The notes under the pieces are model-generated. The model worked only from the letters and a program-made list of their open reading frames with translations. It did no database searches and had not been told where the DNA came from. Position numbers and translations under genes: made by a program. Shown piece after piece: positions 52,968 to 63,602 of a DNA stretch of 64,000 nt (position 1 is the first letter of the stretch; each line of letters begins with the position of its first letter). The stretch is from assembly GCF_006345805.1 (NCBI RefSeq), contig NC_043026.1:11759579-11823578 (forward strand). Reading direction: 5' to 3'. Source of the stretch: Octopus sinensis. Its lineage: Eukaryota.

Positions 52968-53625
52968 TACTCTTATACTTGTTTCAGCCATTTGACTGCG
53001 GCCATGCTGGAGCACCGCCTTTTAGTCGAGCAAATCGACCCCGGGACTTATTCTTTGGAAGCCTAGTATTTATTCTATCGGTCTCTTTTACTTGTTTCAC
53101 TCATTTGACTGTGGCCATGCTGGGGCACCGCCTTTAGTCGAGCAAATCGACCCCAGGACTTATTCTTTTGTAAGCCCAGTACTTATTCTATTGGTCTCTC
53201 TTTTGCCGAACCGCTAATTTATGAGGACGTAAACACACCAGCATCGGTTGTCAAGCAATGCTAGGGGGACAAACACAGACACACAAACACACACACGCAT
53301 ATATATATATATATACATATATACGACAGGCTTCTTTCAGTTTCCGTCTACCAAATCCACTCACAAGGCATTGGTCGGCCCGGGGCTATAGCAGAAGACA
53401 CTTGCACAAGATGCCTCGCAGTGGGACTGAACCCGGAACCATGTGGTTGGTTAGCAAGCTACTTACCACACATTTATTTCTCCAGAATTATTTTTTTGCT
53501 ATATCAATATATATATATATATAGGAGCAGGAGTGGCTGTGTGGTAAGTAGCTTGCTTACCAACCACATGGTTCCGGGTTCAGTCTCACTGCGTGGCACC
53601 AGCCTCAGGCTGACCAAAGCCTTGT
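52968..53625. mobile_element. SINE A with a doubled tail (52968-53470 -) plus a head fragment (53523-53625 +)
   Basis: Family match. Confidence 0.82.
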
Positions 53626-53629
53626 AGGG

Positions 53630-54424
53630 ATATAATTTGTGTGCAGGAGTATGTATTGGGGTGGGGATCGGAGGCAGTCTGTTTTGTGGGGTGTGCGGGT
53701 GTGTACATGTGTGCTTTGGTCAAACTCTTTTTGCAGGGCCCGAGGGCATTGGTGGAAGATCGCTGGCGGAGGGTCGAAGTAAGGGACCTGTGATTGCAGT
53801 CATGGCGGAGCGCGCAGGTACGACAAAATGTACTTCCTTTCATGCGGGCAAGAAGTAAACACCTCACTCCTGCTATTCATGTAGACATCCGGGCATTGCG
53901 TACCGTTTAAGATTGCTCTCTTCTCAGCCAGGCATAATTAGCACTTCCTGCTGCTATTGAAGTACGATTTGCATTTTTCTAGGATCTTCCACTTACATAC
54001 ACAGGACTGAAGCACTTGAAGAATAAGATGTCACTCCGTGACGCATTCTCTCAAAGCCCAAACGTGCTTGGCCAGGTTTGTAGTGTTAAATTTCTTTGAG
54101 ATGTTGAAGGAGGACTTGTGGTTATTAACCCTTTAGCATTTAAACCGGCCATATCCGGCCAAAAGTATTCTGCCTGTTTTATGTTCAAACTAGCCACATC
54201 TGGTCTCTCACACCAACCCTACAATATCTTTTAAAAAATTAACAGCTACCTCATCAAAATCTCATAGTTGCAAGATAATGCATGATCAATTCAAAAGAAT
54301 GTGGATGAAGAAGCATTAATTTTGGTAGAATAATGCGAACACTAAAGGGTTAAAGTGGGTTCTGAAGTGGGCCTTCCATTGCCCCCACATACTTCCACAT
54401 GCTCAGGTGTCCATTGGGTCTGCC
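53630..54424 (-). mobile_element. Penelope-like element remnant: degenerate GIY-YIG endonuclease C-terminus and 3' UTR
   Basis: Manual translation KYVGAMEGP/FRTHFNNHKSSFN..TNLAKHVWAL..KWKILEKCKSYFNSSRKC*LCLAEKRAIL..NSRSEVFTSCPHERKYILSYLRAPP* matches the PLE YIG..HIW..CxLCxxEK..RSE..CxH pattern; it is interrupted by a piggyBac MITE. Confidence 0.85.
54129..54349. mobile_element. piggyBac-type MITE (same family as 10766) inside the Penelope remnant
   Basis: TTAA|CCCTTTAG...CTAAAGGG|TTAA; removing it restores HFNNHK. Confidence 0.9.
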
Positions 54425-54437
54425 ACTGACAAAACTA

Positions 54438-54914
54438 TGCAGCACGAAGTTTTCTCAGTGAAGAGGTCGCGGTCTCAAAGCGACGAAAATATTTTGACAA
54501 ATTAAATTTAAATTTTGAGGTGAATCGAACGGCTTTTGTGTGTTTCTTAAATGGCTTATAAACACCTTCCACGCTGCAATTGTATATATATATATAAACC
54601 TTATTCAGCATGGATTTTTGTCAGTGAACAGGTCGCGGTCTCAAAGTAACGAAAATATTTTGACAAATTAAACTTAAATGTTGAAGTGAATCGAACGGCT
54701 TTTGTGTGTTTCTTAAATGGCTTACAAACACCTTCCGCGCTGCAATTATATATATATATATATATAAACCTTATTCAGCATGGATTTTTGTCAGTGAACA
54801 GGTCGCGGTCTCAAAGCGACGAAAATATTTTGACAAATTAAATTTAAATTTTGAGGTGAATCGAACGGCTTTTGTGTGTTTCTTAAATGGCTTTTAAACA
54901 CCTTCCACGCTGCA

Positions 54915-54950
<36 letters not shown>

Positions 54951-55602
54951 TTATTCAGCATGGATTTTTGTCAGTGAACAGGTCGCGGTCTCAAAGTGAC
55001 GAAAATATTTTGACAAATTAAACTTAAATGTTGAAGTGAATCGAACGGTTTTTGTGTGTTTCATAAATGGCTTATAAACACCTTCCACGCTGCAATTGTA
55101 TATATATATATAAACCTTATTCAGCATGGATTTTTGTCAGTGAAGAGGTCGCGGTCTTAAAGCGACGAAAATATTTTGACAAATTAAACTTAAATGTTGA
55201 AGTGAATCGAACGGCTTTTGTGTGTTTCTTAAATGGCTTATAAACACCTTCCACACTGCAATTATATATATATATATATATATAAACCTTATTCAGCATG
55301 GATTTTTGTCAGTGAACAGGTCGCGGTCTTAAAGCGACGAAAATATTTTGACAAATTAAATTAAAATTTTGAGGTGAATCGAACGGCTTTTGTGTGTTTC
55401 TTAAATGGCTTTTAAACACCTTCCACGCTGCAATTGTATATATATATATAAACCTTATTCAGCATGGATTTTTGTCAGTGAAGAGGTCGCGGTCTTAAAG
55501 CGACGAAAATATTTTGACAAATTAAATTTAAATTTTGAGGTGAATCTAACGGTTTTTGTGTGTTTCTTAAATGGCTTTTAAACACCTTCCACGCTGCAAT
55601 TG
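54438..55602 (+). ncRNA. Tandem array of 7 minimal type-I hammerhead-ribozyme-like units (156-180 bp; retrozyme/Penelope pLTR-like)
   Basis: Each unit reads TTTGTCA-GTGAA(C/G)A-G-GTCGC-loop-GCGAC-GAAA-ATAT-TT-TGACAAA (stem I, core, stem II, GAAA, palindromic stem III, UH site, stem I). Confidence 0.75.
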
Positions 55603-55681
55603 TATATGTATGTGTATATATATATATAAAATAATATATAAATATATGCATATATACATACATGTATGTACATACCTACAT

Positions 55682-56511
55682 GGCGGCGAGCTGGCAGAAC
55701 CGTTAGCACGCCGAGCGAAATGCTAAGCAGTATTTCGTCTGCCGTTACGTTGTGAGTTCAAATTCCGCCGAGGTCGACTTTGCCTTTCATCCTTTCGGGG
55801 TCGATTAAATAGGTACCAGTTTCGCACTGGGGTCGATGTAATCGACTTAATACCTATGTCTGTCCTTGTTTGTCCCCTCTATGTTTAGCCCCTTGTGGGT
55901 AGTAAAGAAATAAGTTTGTCGATAACTTCCGTTACATTAAGAAACAACGGTTATCGAAGTTAACTTTTTGGTTAACGGTTAACGAAATTAACTTTTCGAT
56001 TAACTGTGCCCACCTTTGCTAATTACTGGTTATATAATAAATCAATCGATTGGTCTACGCCGAGTAGACGAAACAGAGACAATTGAAGAAGGAATATTCC
56101 CCTTCTTCAGTTGTCTCTGTTTCGTCTACTCCGCGTAGACCGATCGATTGATTTATTATATAACCAGTAATTAGCAAAGGTGGGCACAGTTAATCGAAAA
56201 GTTAATTTCGTTAACCGTTAACCAAAAAGTTAACTTCGATAACCGTTGTTTCTTAATGTAACGGAAGTTATCGACAAACTTATTTCTTTACTACCCACAA
56301 GGGGCTAAACATAGAGGGGACAAACAAGGACAGACATAGGTATTAAGTCGATTACACCGACCCCAGTGCGAAACTGGTACTTATTTAATCGACCCCGAAA
56401 GGATGAAAGGCAAAGTCGACCTCGGCGGAATTTGAACTCACAACGTAACGGCAGACGAAATACCGCAAAGCGTTTCGCCCGGCATGCTGACGATTCTGCC
56501 AGCTCGCCGCC
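55682..56511. repeat. ~830-bp spacer-less palindrome containing an inverted-duplicated SINE
   Basis: Arms of about 415 bp centred on AAT|ATT at 56095/56096. Confidence 0.93.
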
Positions 56512-56699
56512 TTCACCGACAAACCGTTAACGTTAATTTTTATTATAGAAAAAAAAAATCAGTTTTTGCTCTTAAACATCTTCAAAAGTGCCAGAACTTA
56601 TAAAATCCGTTAACTTCAATTGAATTGGACTTGTGTTTTAAATGGTCCGACGATGATTTCCAAAATTAATTCAAAAGTTAAATCATTAATGAAAATGTT

Positions 56700-57271
56700 G
56701 GCGATCCTTCGGTATAAGTACCGTAAGTGGCTTTGTTTACATTTCTGAAGATAACAGAAACCCTTTTCTCCCACCCCTACAAGGGTCCCAAAAGGCGATC
56801 CTTCGGTATAGGTACCGTAAGTGGCTTTGTTTACTTTTCTGAAGATAACAGAAACCCTTTTCTCCCACCCCTACAAGGGTCCCAAAAGGCGATCCTTCGG
56901 TATAGGTACCGTAAGTGGCTTTGTTTACATTTCTGAAGATAACAGAAACCCTTTTCTCCCACCCCTACAAGGGTCCCAAAAGGCGATCCTTCGGTATAGG
57001 TACCGTAAGTGGCTTTGTTTACTTTTCTGAAGATAACAGAAACCCTTTTCTCCCACCCTTACAAGGGTCCGTCCCAAAAGGCGATCCTTCGGTATAGGTA
57101 CCGTAAGTGGCTTTGTTTACATTGCTTAACAGAAACCCTTTTCTCCCACCCCTACAAGGGTCCGTCCCAAAAGGCGATCCTTCGGTATAGGTACCGTAAG
57201 TGGCTTTGTTTACAATTCTGAAGATAACAGAAACCCTTTTCTCCCACCCCTAACCCTAATCCCCCCATATA

Positions 57272-57316
<45 letters not shown>

Positions 57317-57372
57317 AAAACACTTTCTTGAAATATATCCGGTAGTTCCCGTACTTATACCGAAGTTACGCC
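56700..57372. mobile_element. MITE with GGCG..CGCC TIRs, 8-bp TSD and a 6-fold tandem 92-98-bp left end
   Basis: TSD AAAATGTT (56692-56699 and 57373-57380); a single-unit relative lies at 25360-25512. Confidence 0.82.
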
Positions 57373-57395
57373 AAAATGTTTACTTCGTTAATTAA

Positions 57396-57790
57396 CGCAG
57401 GAGTGGCTGTGTGGTAAGTAGCTTGCTTACCAACCACATGGTTCCGGGTTCAGTCCCACTGCGTGGCACCTTGGGCAAGTGTCTTCTGCTATAGCCCCGG
57501 GCCGACCAATGCCTTGTGAGTGGATTTGGTAGATGGAAACTGAAAGAAGCCTGTCGTATATATGTATATATATATATATGTGTATGTTTGTGTGTCTGTT
57601 TGTCTCCCTAGCATTGCTTGACAACTGATGCTGGTGTGTTTACGTCCCCGTCACTTAGCGGTTCGGCAAAAAGAGACCGATAGAATAAGTACTGGGCTTA
57701 CAAAGAATAAGTCCCGGGGTCGATTTGCTCGAATAAAGGCGGTGCTCCAGCATGGCCGCAGTCAAATGACTGAAACAAGTAAAAGAGTAA
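57396..57790 (+). mobile_element. SINE A, near full length
   Basis: Family match. Confidence 0.87.
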
Positions 57791-57924
57791 CGATTAACGG
57801 CTTGGGTAATTAGCCGTGTGTGTCTCTTCGATTGTCAGGTGCTGAAAGACTACAACGTGCTACAACGTGAGTTCGTTCGCTACTGTAAACATTTGATGAG
57901 AGAGAATGAGAGAGAGAGAGAGAG

Positions 57925-58090
57925 AGATGCGCATGCGCAGTAAACATTTCCCCGTTGCTACCTTGACATCAGAAACATTTCCCCGCACAAGAATTTCTCG
58001 TAATCACTCACCACGCGCAAATTGTAATACTTTGTAATACTCAACCTCTACCCTCGGTCAAAACAACACTACCCTTTATCAGACATTTCC
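57925..58090 (+). promoter_or_regulatory. Putative first exon/promoter of a plus-strand ZNF paralogue (F) whose coding exon lies right of the window or is lost
   Basis: TGCGCATGCGCA motif and CATTTCC|GTAAGTAT donor at 58091; the paralogous intron block lies at 59200-59590 in plus orientation. Confidence 0.6.
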
Positions 58091-58269
58091 GTAAGTATTA
58101 AATAATGAAAATATCTAATCTTTCAATACTATAGACCAGGGGTTCTGAACCATTCTTTGTTTTTTGTCTATGGGTCCCTTCGATTACTATTTTTTAGGGG
58201 GTGGACCACCGTAGTCGTTCGTTATTCGAAAATTAGTTTAATAGATACTTCTTTCAAAATTCCTATTAT

Positions 58270-58724
58270 ACTCTCTTTTCTTTTACTCTTTTACTCTTTT
58301 ACTTGTTTCAGTCATTTGACTGCGGCCATGCCGGAGCACCGCCTTTAGTCGAGCAACTCGACCCCGGGACTTATTCTTTGTAAGCCCAGTACTTATTCTA
58401 TCGGTCTCTTTTACTTGTTTCAGTCATTTGACTGCGGCCATGCTGGAGCACCGCCTTTAGTCGATCAAATCGACCGCGGAACTTATTCTTTTTTGTAAGC
58501 CCAGTACTTATTCTATCGGTCTCTTTTACTTGTTTCAGTCATTTGACTGCGGCCATGCTGGAGCACCGCCTTTAGTCGATCAAATCGACCGCGGAACTTA
58601 TTCTTTTTTGTAAGCCCAGTACTTATTCTATCGGTCTCTTTTGCCGAACCGCTAAGTGGCGGGGACGTAAACACACCAGCATCGGTTGTCAAGCAATGCT
58701 AGGGGGACAAACACAGACACACAA

Positions 58725-58757
<33 letters not shown>

Positions 58758-59174
58758 CTCATTTCTCTTTTACTTGTTTCAGTAATTTGACTGCGGCCAT
58801 GCTGGTGCACCGCCTTTAGTCGATCAAATCGACCGCGGAACTTATTCTTTTTTGTAAGCCCAGTACTTATTCTATCGGTCTCTTTTGCCGAACCGCTAAG
58901 TGGCGGGGACGTAAACACACCAGCATCGGTTGTCAAGCAATGCTAGGGGGACAAACACAGACACACAAACACATACACACACATACATATATATATATAT
59001 ATACATATATACGACGGGCTTCTTTCAGTTTCCGTCTACCAAATCCACTCACAAGGCATTGGTCGGCCCGAGGCTATAGTAGAAGACACTTGCCCAAGAT
59101 GCCACGCAGTGGGACTGAACCCGGAACCATGTGGTTGGTTAGCAAGCTACTTACCACACAGCCACTCCTACGCC
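58270..59174 (-). mobile_element. SINE A with repeated tail and 3'-half modules
   Basis: Three tails plus a duplicated 3' half sharing the private variant GACCGCGGAAC. Confidence 0.87.
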
Positions 59175-59280
59175 TATGAGTATGTTTTTTTTTTTTGTTT
59201 TTTTTTTGCATTTTAACAGGCAAAACGTTCGGGAAAGAAATCTACCTGTTTCTTGCATTACGTATAGGTGAAACTTGTTT

Positions 59281-59497
59281 ATGAATTGTGCTGGATTTAG
59301 CTGCTATTTCTTGCTAATGAATTGTGCTGGATTTAGCTGCTATTTCTTGCTAATGAATTGTGCTGGATTTAGCTGCTATTTCTTGCTAATGAATTGTGCT
59401 GGATTTAGCTGCTATTTCTTGCTAATGAATTGTGCTGGATTTAGCTGCTATTTCTTGCTAATGAATTGTGCTGGATTTAGCTGCTATTTCTTGCTAT
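59281..59497. repeat. 36-bp minisatellite, 6 perfect copies
   Basis: Unit ATGAATTGTGCTGGATTTAGCTGCTATTTCTTGCTA. Confidence 0.97.
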
Positions 59498-59984
59498 GAA
59501 AGTTAACTTTCTTTTGACTTTCCATCGTTGCTCCGTTAGTTTGTTGTGTGTTTTTAGTTCGAAGAATATTCTGCATTACACTTCAACTACTTAAATGTTC
59601 AGAAACCAATACTTGGTACTATTTAAGAAGAGTGGTCCCGGTGCGCGCACTCGCGTACTCGCGCATCCGCGCTAGCTAGTCGTGACTAGTCGATCCGTAC
59701 TTTGTGTTTTTGTGTTTTATCTACTTTGTTTTAAAAAAAATTATTTACTTTGTGTAAGAAAATGGGATCTTTTCGGTTTGAACGGCAGTTTTTAACATAA
59801 TTTCTAGGTAACTAAAAAATTTAAAACTAAGTATACTGGTAGAATGTGTTTATAAAACATGTTTTTCTCTTGGCTTTCTTGAGAAAATTCTGTATTTTGT
59901 AAGCTATTTGTTGTTTAATTTCTTGCATTTCGGCAATTTCAACCAATCAATGACGTCTATTGAGGTGAATACAATTTCTGCCAT

Positions 59985-60240
59985 AGTGTGTCAGACAGCT
60001 GGCAGGATGGATGCTAAGGTACTTCAAGACGAGACCAAGGAGTTATGCTGACACTGTGGGGGACCTTCGTTCTCAGCCACCTGGACTACTGCTCTCAGCC
60101 GTAGTCACCACATGGTGCCAAACGAACAGCAGAGTTTGAAGCAGTCCAACATCACTACACTAAAAAGATAGCAACAGTGCAGCAGATGAGCTACTAGGAA
60201 AGGCTGAAAAAACTACGACTTTACTCAGGAGTCTTGCATG
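59985..60240 (+). mobile_element. Degenerate CR1-clade LINE fragment
   Basis: Manual translation FVLSHLDYCSQP*SPH..EAVQHHYTKKI..SY*ERLKKLRLYS. Confidence 0.7.
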
Positions 60241-60348
60241 TGATAGCTGTAAGCATTACAAGACAAGGTTTGAAACAAAATGTAAGCAATGCGTGAGAAT
60301 TAATACATATAGGAAGAGAGTGAGTGTCAAAGATTACAGTAAATGTAT

Positions 60349-60880
60349 CATCATCACCATTGTTCGACCGTGGTCGAGACAATGGAATTTACCATGCTAC
60401 GCCAGACTTCACGGTCCATCATGGCATTACGGAGGTCCTGTTGCTGGATGTCTGTATCCCTGGAGATTACATCAGGGTAGGAGAGTGTGCGCCCTCTGGT
60501 ATTGCGAGTAGATGGCTTCCAGAGGAGAAGAGTAGAAATTACTTCTTTCTCAGCTCTGCAACAATGTCCAGCAAACTGGACCCTCCTACCTTTCACAAGA
60601 GATGACACAGGTGGTAGTTTCCCATATATTTGCATTTTGGTTGGATGGCGCTTCCACGAGAGATTTCGAGCTCTCATAATGAGGCGAGTGTAGGTTCCAT
60701 CCAACCGCCTCTCAAGCTTCTTTGATAACGTCCAGGTTTCTGAGCCATATAGTAGAATTGGTTCAACTGTGGCTTTGAATATTTCAAGTTTGAAGTCTCT
60801 ACTTAGATTTGATGACCAGATCTTATGCATGTCATTACAGGCTGACCAGGCCATACCCTTTCTAGTTATAAATATCTTGG
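60349..60880 (-). mobile_element. 5'-truncated RTE-clade LINE (C-terminal region after the RT)
   Basis: PILLYGSETWTL..LDGTYTRL..FAGH; (GAT)n tail; 10-bp TSD GTAAATGTAT (60339-60348 and 60881-60890). Confidence 0.88.
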
Positions 60881-60978
60881 GTAAATGTATAGAGGAAGAT
60901 AGATTAATGGTGATAGAGGGGGAGAGTTGTCAATCTAAAAGTTGAGTTATTTCTCGAAGAAAATCATATTTTTCTATT

Positions 60979-61330
60979 GAGCTGGCAGAATTGTTAGCAC
61001 GCCGGGCGAAATGATTAGCGGCATTTCGCCTGCTGCTACGTTTTGAGTTCAAGTTCCGCCGAGGCCGACTTTACTTTTCATCCTTTCGGGGGTCGATAAA
61101 TTAAGTACCAGTGAATCACTGGGGGTCAATGTAATCGACTATTTCCCTCCGCTAAATGTGCTTTTGCACCCACTACACTCTCAGAGTGGTTGGCGTTAGA
61201 AAGGGCATCCAGCTGTAGAAACTCTGCCAGATCAGATTGGAGCCTGGTGCAGCCATCTGGTTCGCCAGTCCTCAGTCAAATTGTCCAACCCATGCTAGCA
61301 TGGAAAGCGGATGTTAAACGATGATGATGA
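60979..61330 (+). mobile_element. SINE B (60979-61145) fused to the 3' half of an RTE-like short element
   Basis: Family matches; (GAT)n tail. Confidence 0.75.
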
Positions 61331-61343
61331 TTATATATATATA

Positions 61344-62490
61344 CTAGCATTAAAGACCCGTCGTTGCTGGGTCATAGTGCTAGTGCATGTATATATGTGT
61401 ACATATTACATGTACATCTATATATATACATCTACACATAAAATACAAAATACAAAGTTATATCTTGATATCGCTAGTGATAACAATACTCAAAATATAT
61501 AACAGACTGGAATTGTTAGCCCGTCTCTTGTAATTTCAATCAATTGTATCTTGTCCTCCCTCTTGTATAGAAGTGTGGCTACAATCCAGCCTACCTCTAC
61601 TTCTAGGGGGCCTTTTTTAATTTTTTTTCCAGGACGTCCTACGTCCCAGATATAAAGGTAAAAATAAAATATTTCCACTTTGCAAGTTCGAGTCGAGTTG
61701 ACTCGAACCTTGCTTCTATTGTGGCGAATTTACCGCCTCTGATTAGATACCTTTCATAGTCGCACCAAAACACTTTTCGAAGGTGCTTTCCGCCATGTGT
61801 TCAAATCTTCTTTTTTCTCTACATTGTATACTTTATAGACAATAGTCTTTTCTTTAATTTAATTTTTTATTATCCATCTGGACTATTCCATTTCTGCACG
61901 CTAATTTTATTTTTAATTTATTCCCATTCATGTGAAACCACTTATTCAAATTCAAATCATTGATGCAATTTTATACCAATTGCTATTTTTACTTTTAATT
62001 GTTATGTTACGATTTAATTATTATATCATACTTTAGTTTGAATTTAATTATTACTGACTACATATAATTCAATTGTCATTATTATTTTTATTGTTAAAGT
62101 GAAAGTATCTGACATAAAATAGAGAAACGTTTTTGTTTCACTTTTAACACGTAATACTGAAATAGTGGAGAAGATATGATATTGCTATGGGCTCGCTCTA
62201 GGCAAGAAGTTGAACATTTTTTTGCCCATGAAACTACATGGACCCTAAGTAAGGCATGTGTAAAATTTGAATGGGATTGGTTGTGTAGTTCTCAAGTTTT
62301 AGGAAATCGTAGCGGAGAAGATATGATATTGCTGTGGGCTCGCCCTAGGCAAGAAGTTGAACATTTTTTTTGCCGATGACACTCCCCGGACCCTAAGTAA
62401 GGCATGTGTAAAATTTGAATGAAATTGGTTGTGTAGTTCTCAAGTTTTAGGGAAACACACAGACAGACAGATACACATTCTCAGTTTTTC
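61344..62490 (-). mobile_element. Non-autonomous Helitron-like element
   Basis: 3' hairpin + CTAG at 61344; the 5' part is the reverse complement of 63610-64000 and has an internal ~140-bp duplication. Confidence 0.65.
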
Positions 62491-62521
62491 TCTCCTTCTT
62501 TCTGTGTTCCTTCTCTGTGTA

Positions 62522-62559
62522 TCTTTCTGTTGAAGAGCGTAGGCTCGAAACGTTAAAGA
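62522..62559 (+). ncRNA. Minimal type-I hammerhead-like motif, CUGUUGA core variant
   Basis: TCTTT-CTGTTGA-A-GAGC-gtag-GCTC-GAAA-CG-TT-AAAGA, inside a PLE-like 3'-end fragment (about 62490-62690). Confidence 0.6.
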
Positions 62560-62687
62560 CTTGTTTTATTTATATTTCCTGAGCGCCATACTAATACAAT
62601 TGTTTGTTTGTATTCCACCTGCCTTCGTCTTTTGTTTATTTCCGTAAACCTGCCTTCGTCTTTTGTCTATTTTCATAAGCTTCCCGT

Positions 62688-62719
<32 letters not shown>

Positions 62720-62735
62720 TACATACATTCATATA

Positions 62736-63411
62736 CAAGGAGGTACTGAAAACGTTCCTGGCTTTAAGGGCATTACGAAGAAGGTAGAGCATTTACCTTT
62801 ACGGGGGTGGGGGTAGGATATCTGTTAGGAAGAAGATATGCAAAAAATCGTGATGGTATGAAATATATCTTTCTCTTTTTTGCAGATTTAACGCATGATG
62901 GCAGCTCCCACAGTGCATTTTAGTAAAACTGAAGCACGGGCAGTCATGAAGTTCCTCTTCTTGCAAGGCAAAGGAGCGGCAGAAATCCATGGCGAGATGA
63001 AGAAAGTCTTGAAGGAGCGCTGCCCATCTTACTCCACAGTGAAAATCTGGGTGTCGAGGTTTCGGACTGGTCATTTTGAAGTCACAGATGAACCCCGGTC
63101 GGGACGGCCAACTTCCGTGACGACAGAGGACAAAGCAGACATTGTGCATTTCATGATTCTCAAGGACCGGTGGATTTCGGCCAAAGTCATCGCCGAGACC
63201 CTGGGGATTTCCCGCGAAAGAGTTGGCCACATCATCCACAACATTCTGAACATGAGACAGCGTTCTGCAAAATGGGTGCCAAATAGCAAAACCGAAGGAC
63301 CTTCGGAAGAAGTGTGTGAATCCGAGAAAGGAATATGTTCAATAAAATCATAATTAACTGATTCTCCTGTATTTTCTTTTACACAAAACCAGGATCTTTT
63401 CAGCACACCCT

Positions 63412-63413
<2 letters not shown>
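62736..63413 (+). mobile_element. Internally deleted mariner transposon retaining the HTH DNA-binding ORF (62895-63353)
   Basis: ORF with EARAVMKFLFL, D/EPRSGRP, second HTH and KWVP motifs; degenerate ~28-bp TIRs flanked by TA; no DD34D domain. Confidence 0.9.

Positions 63414-63414
<1 letters not shown>

Positions 63415-63470
<56 letters not shown>
63415..63470. repeat. (CA)n microsatellite
   Basis: Read directly from the sequence. Confidence 0.97.
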
Positions 63471-63473
<3 letters not shown>

Positions 63474-63602
63474 GTATATATACATTAAGGTTGTTGAATA
63501 TGTATGTAAGCAACAACCTCGAGTACAAAAGAGAAAGACCACTTAGAAACACCATGCTGCACACCCTAAAAGTCTATAAAAATTCTAAACTAAGGTATTT
63601 TA

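Noticed and set aside
56735-56770. CTGAAGA-TAACA-GAAA in the 94-bp repeat
   Set aside because: No stem II can form between the two core halves.
54438-57260. CRISPR-like appearance of the regular arrays (also 4231-5300 and 59281-59497)
   Set aside because: Units are head-to-tail repeats without unique spacers, there are no cas genes, and the context is eukaryotic.
57249-57262. TAACCCTAA telomere-like motif (also about 44296)
   Set aside because: Only one or two units, inside MITEs; not an interstitial telomere array.
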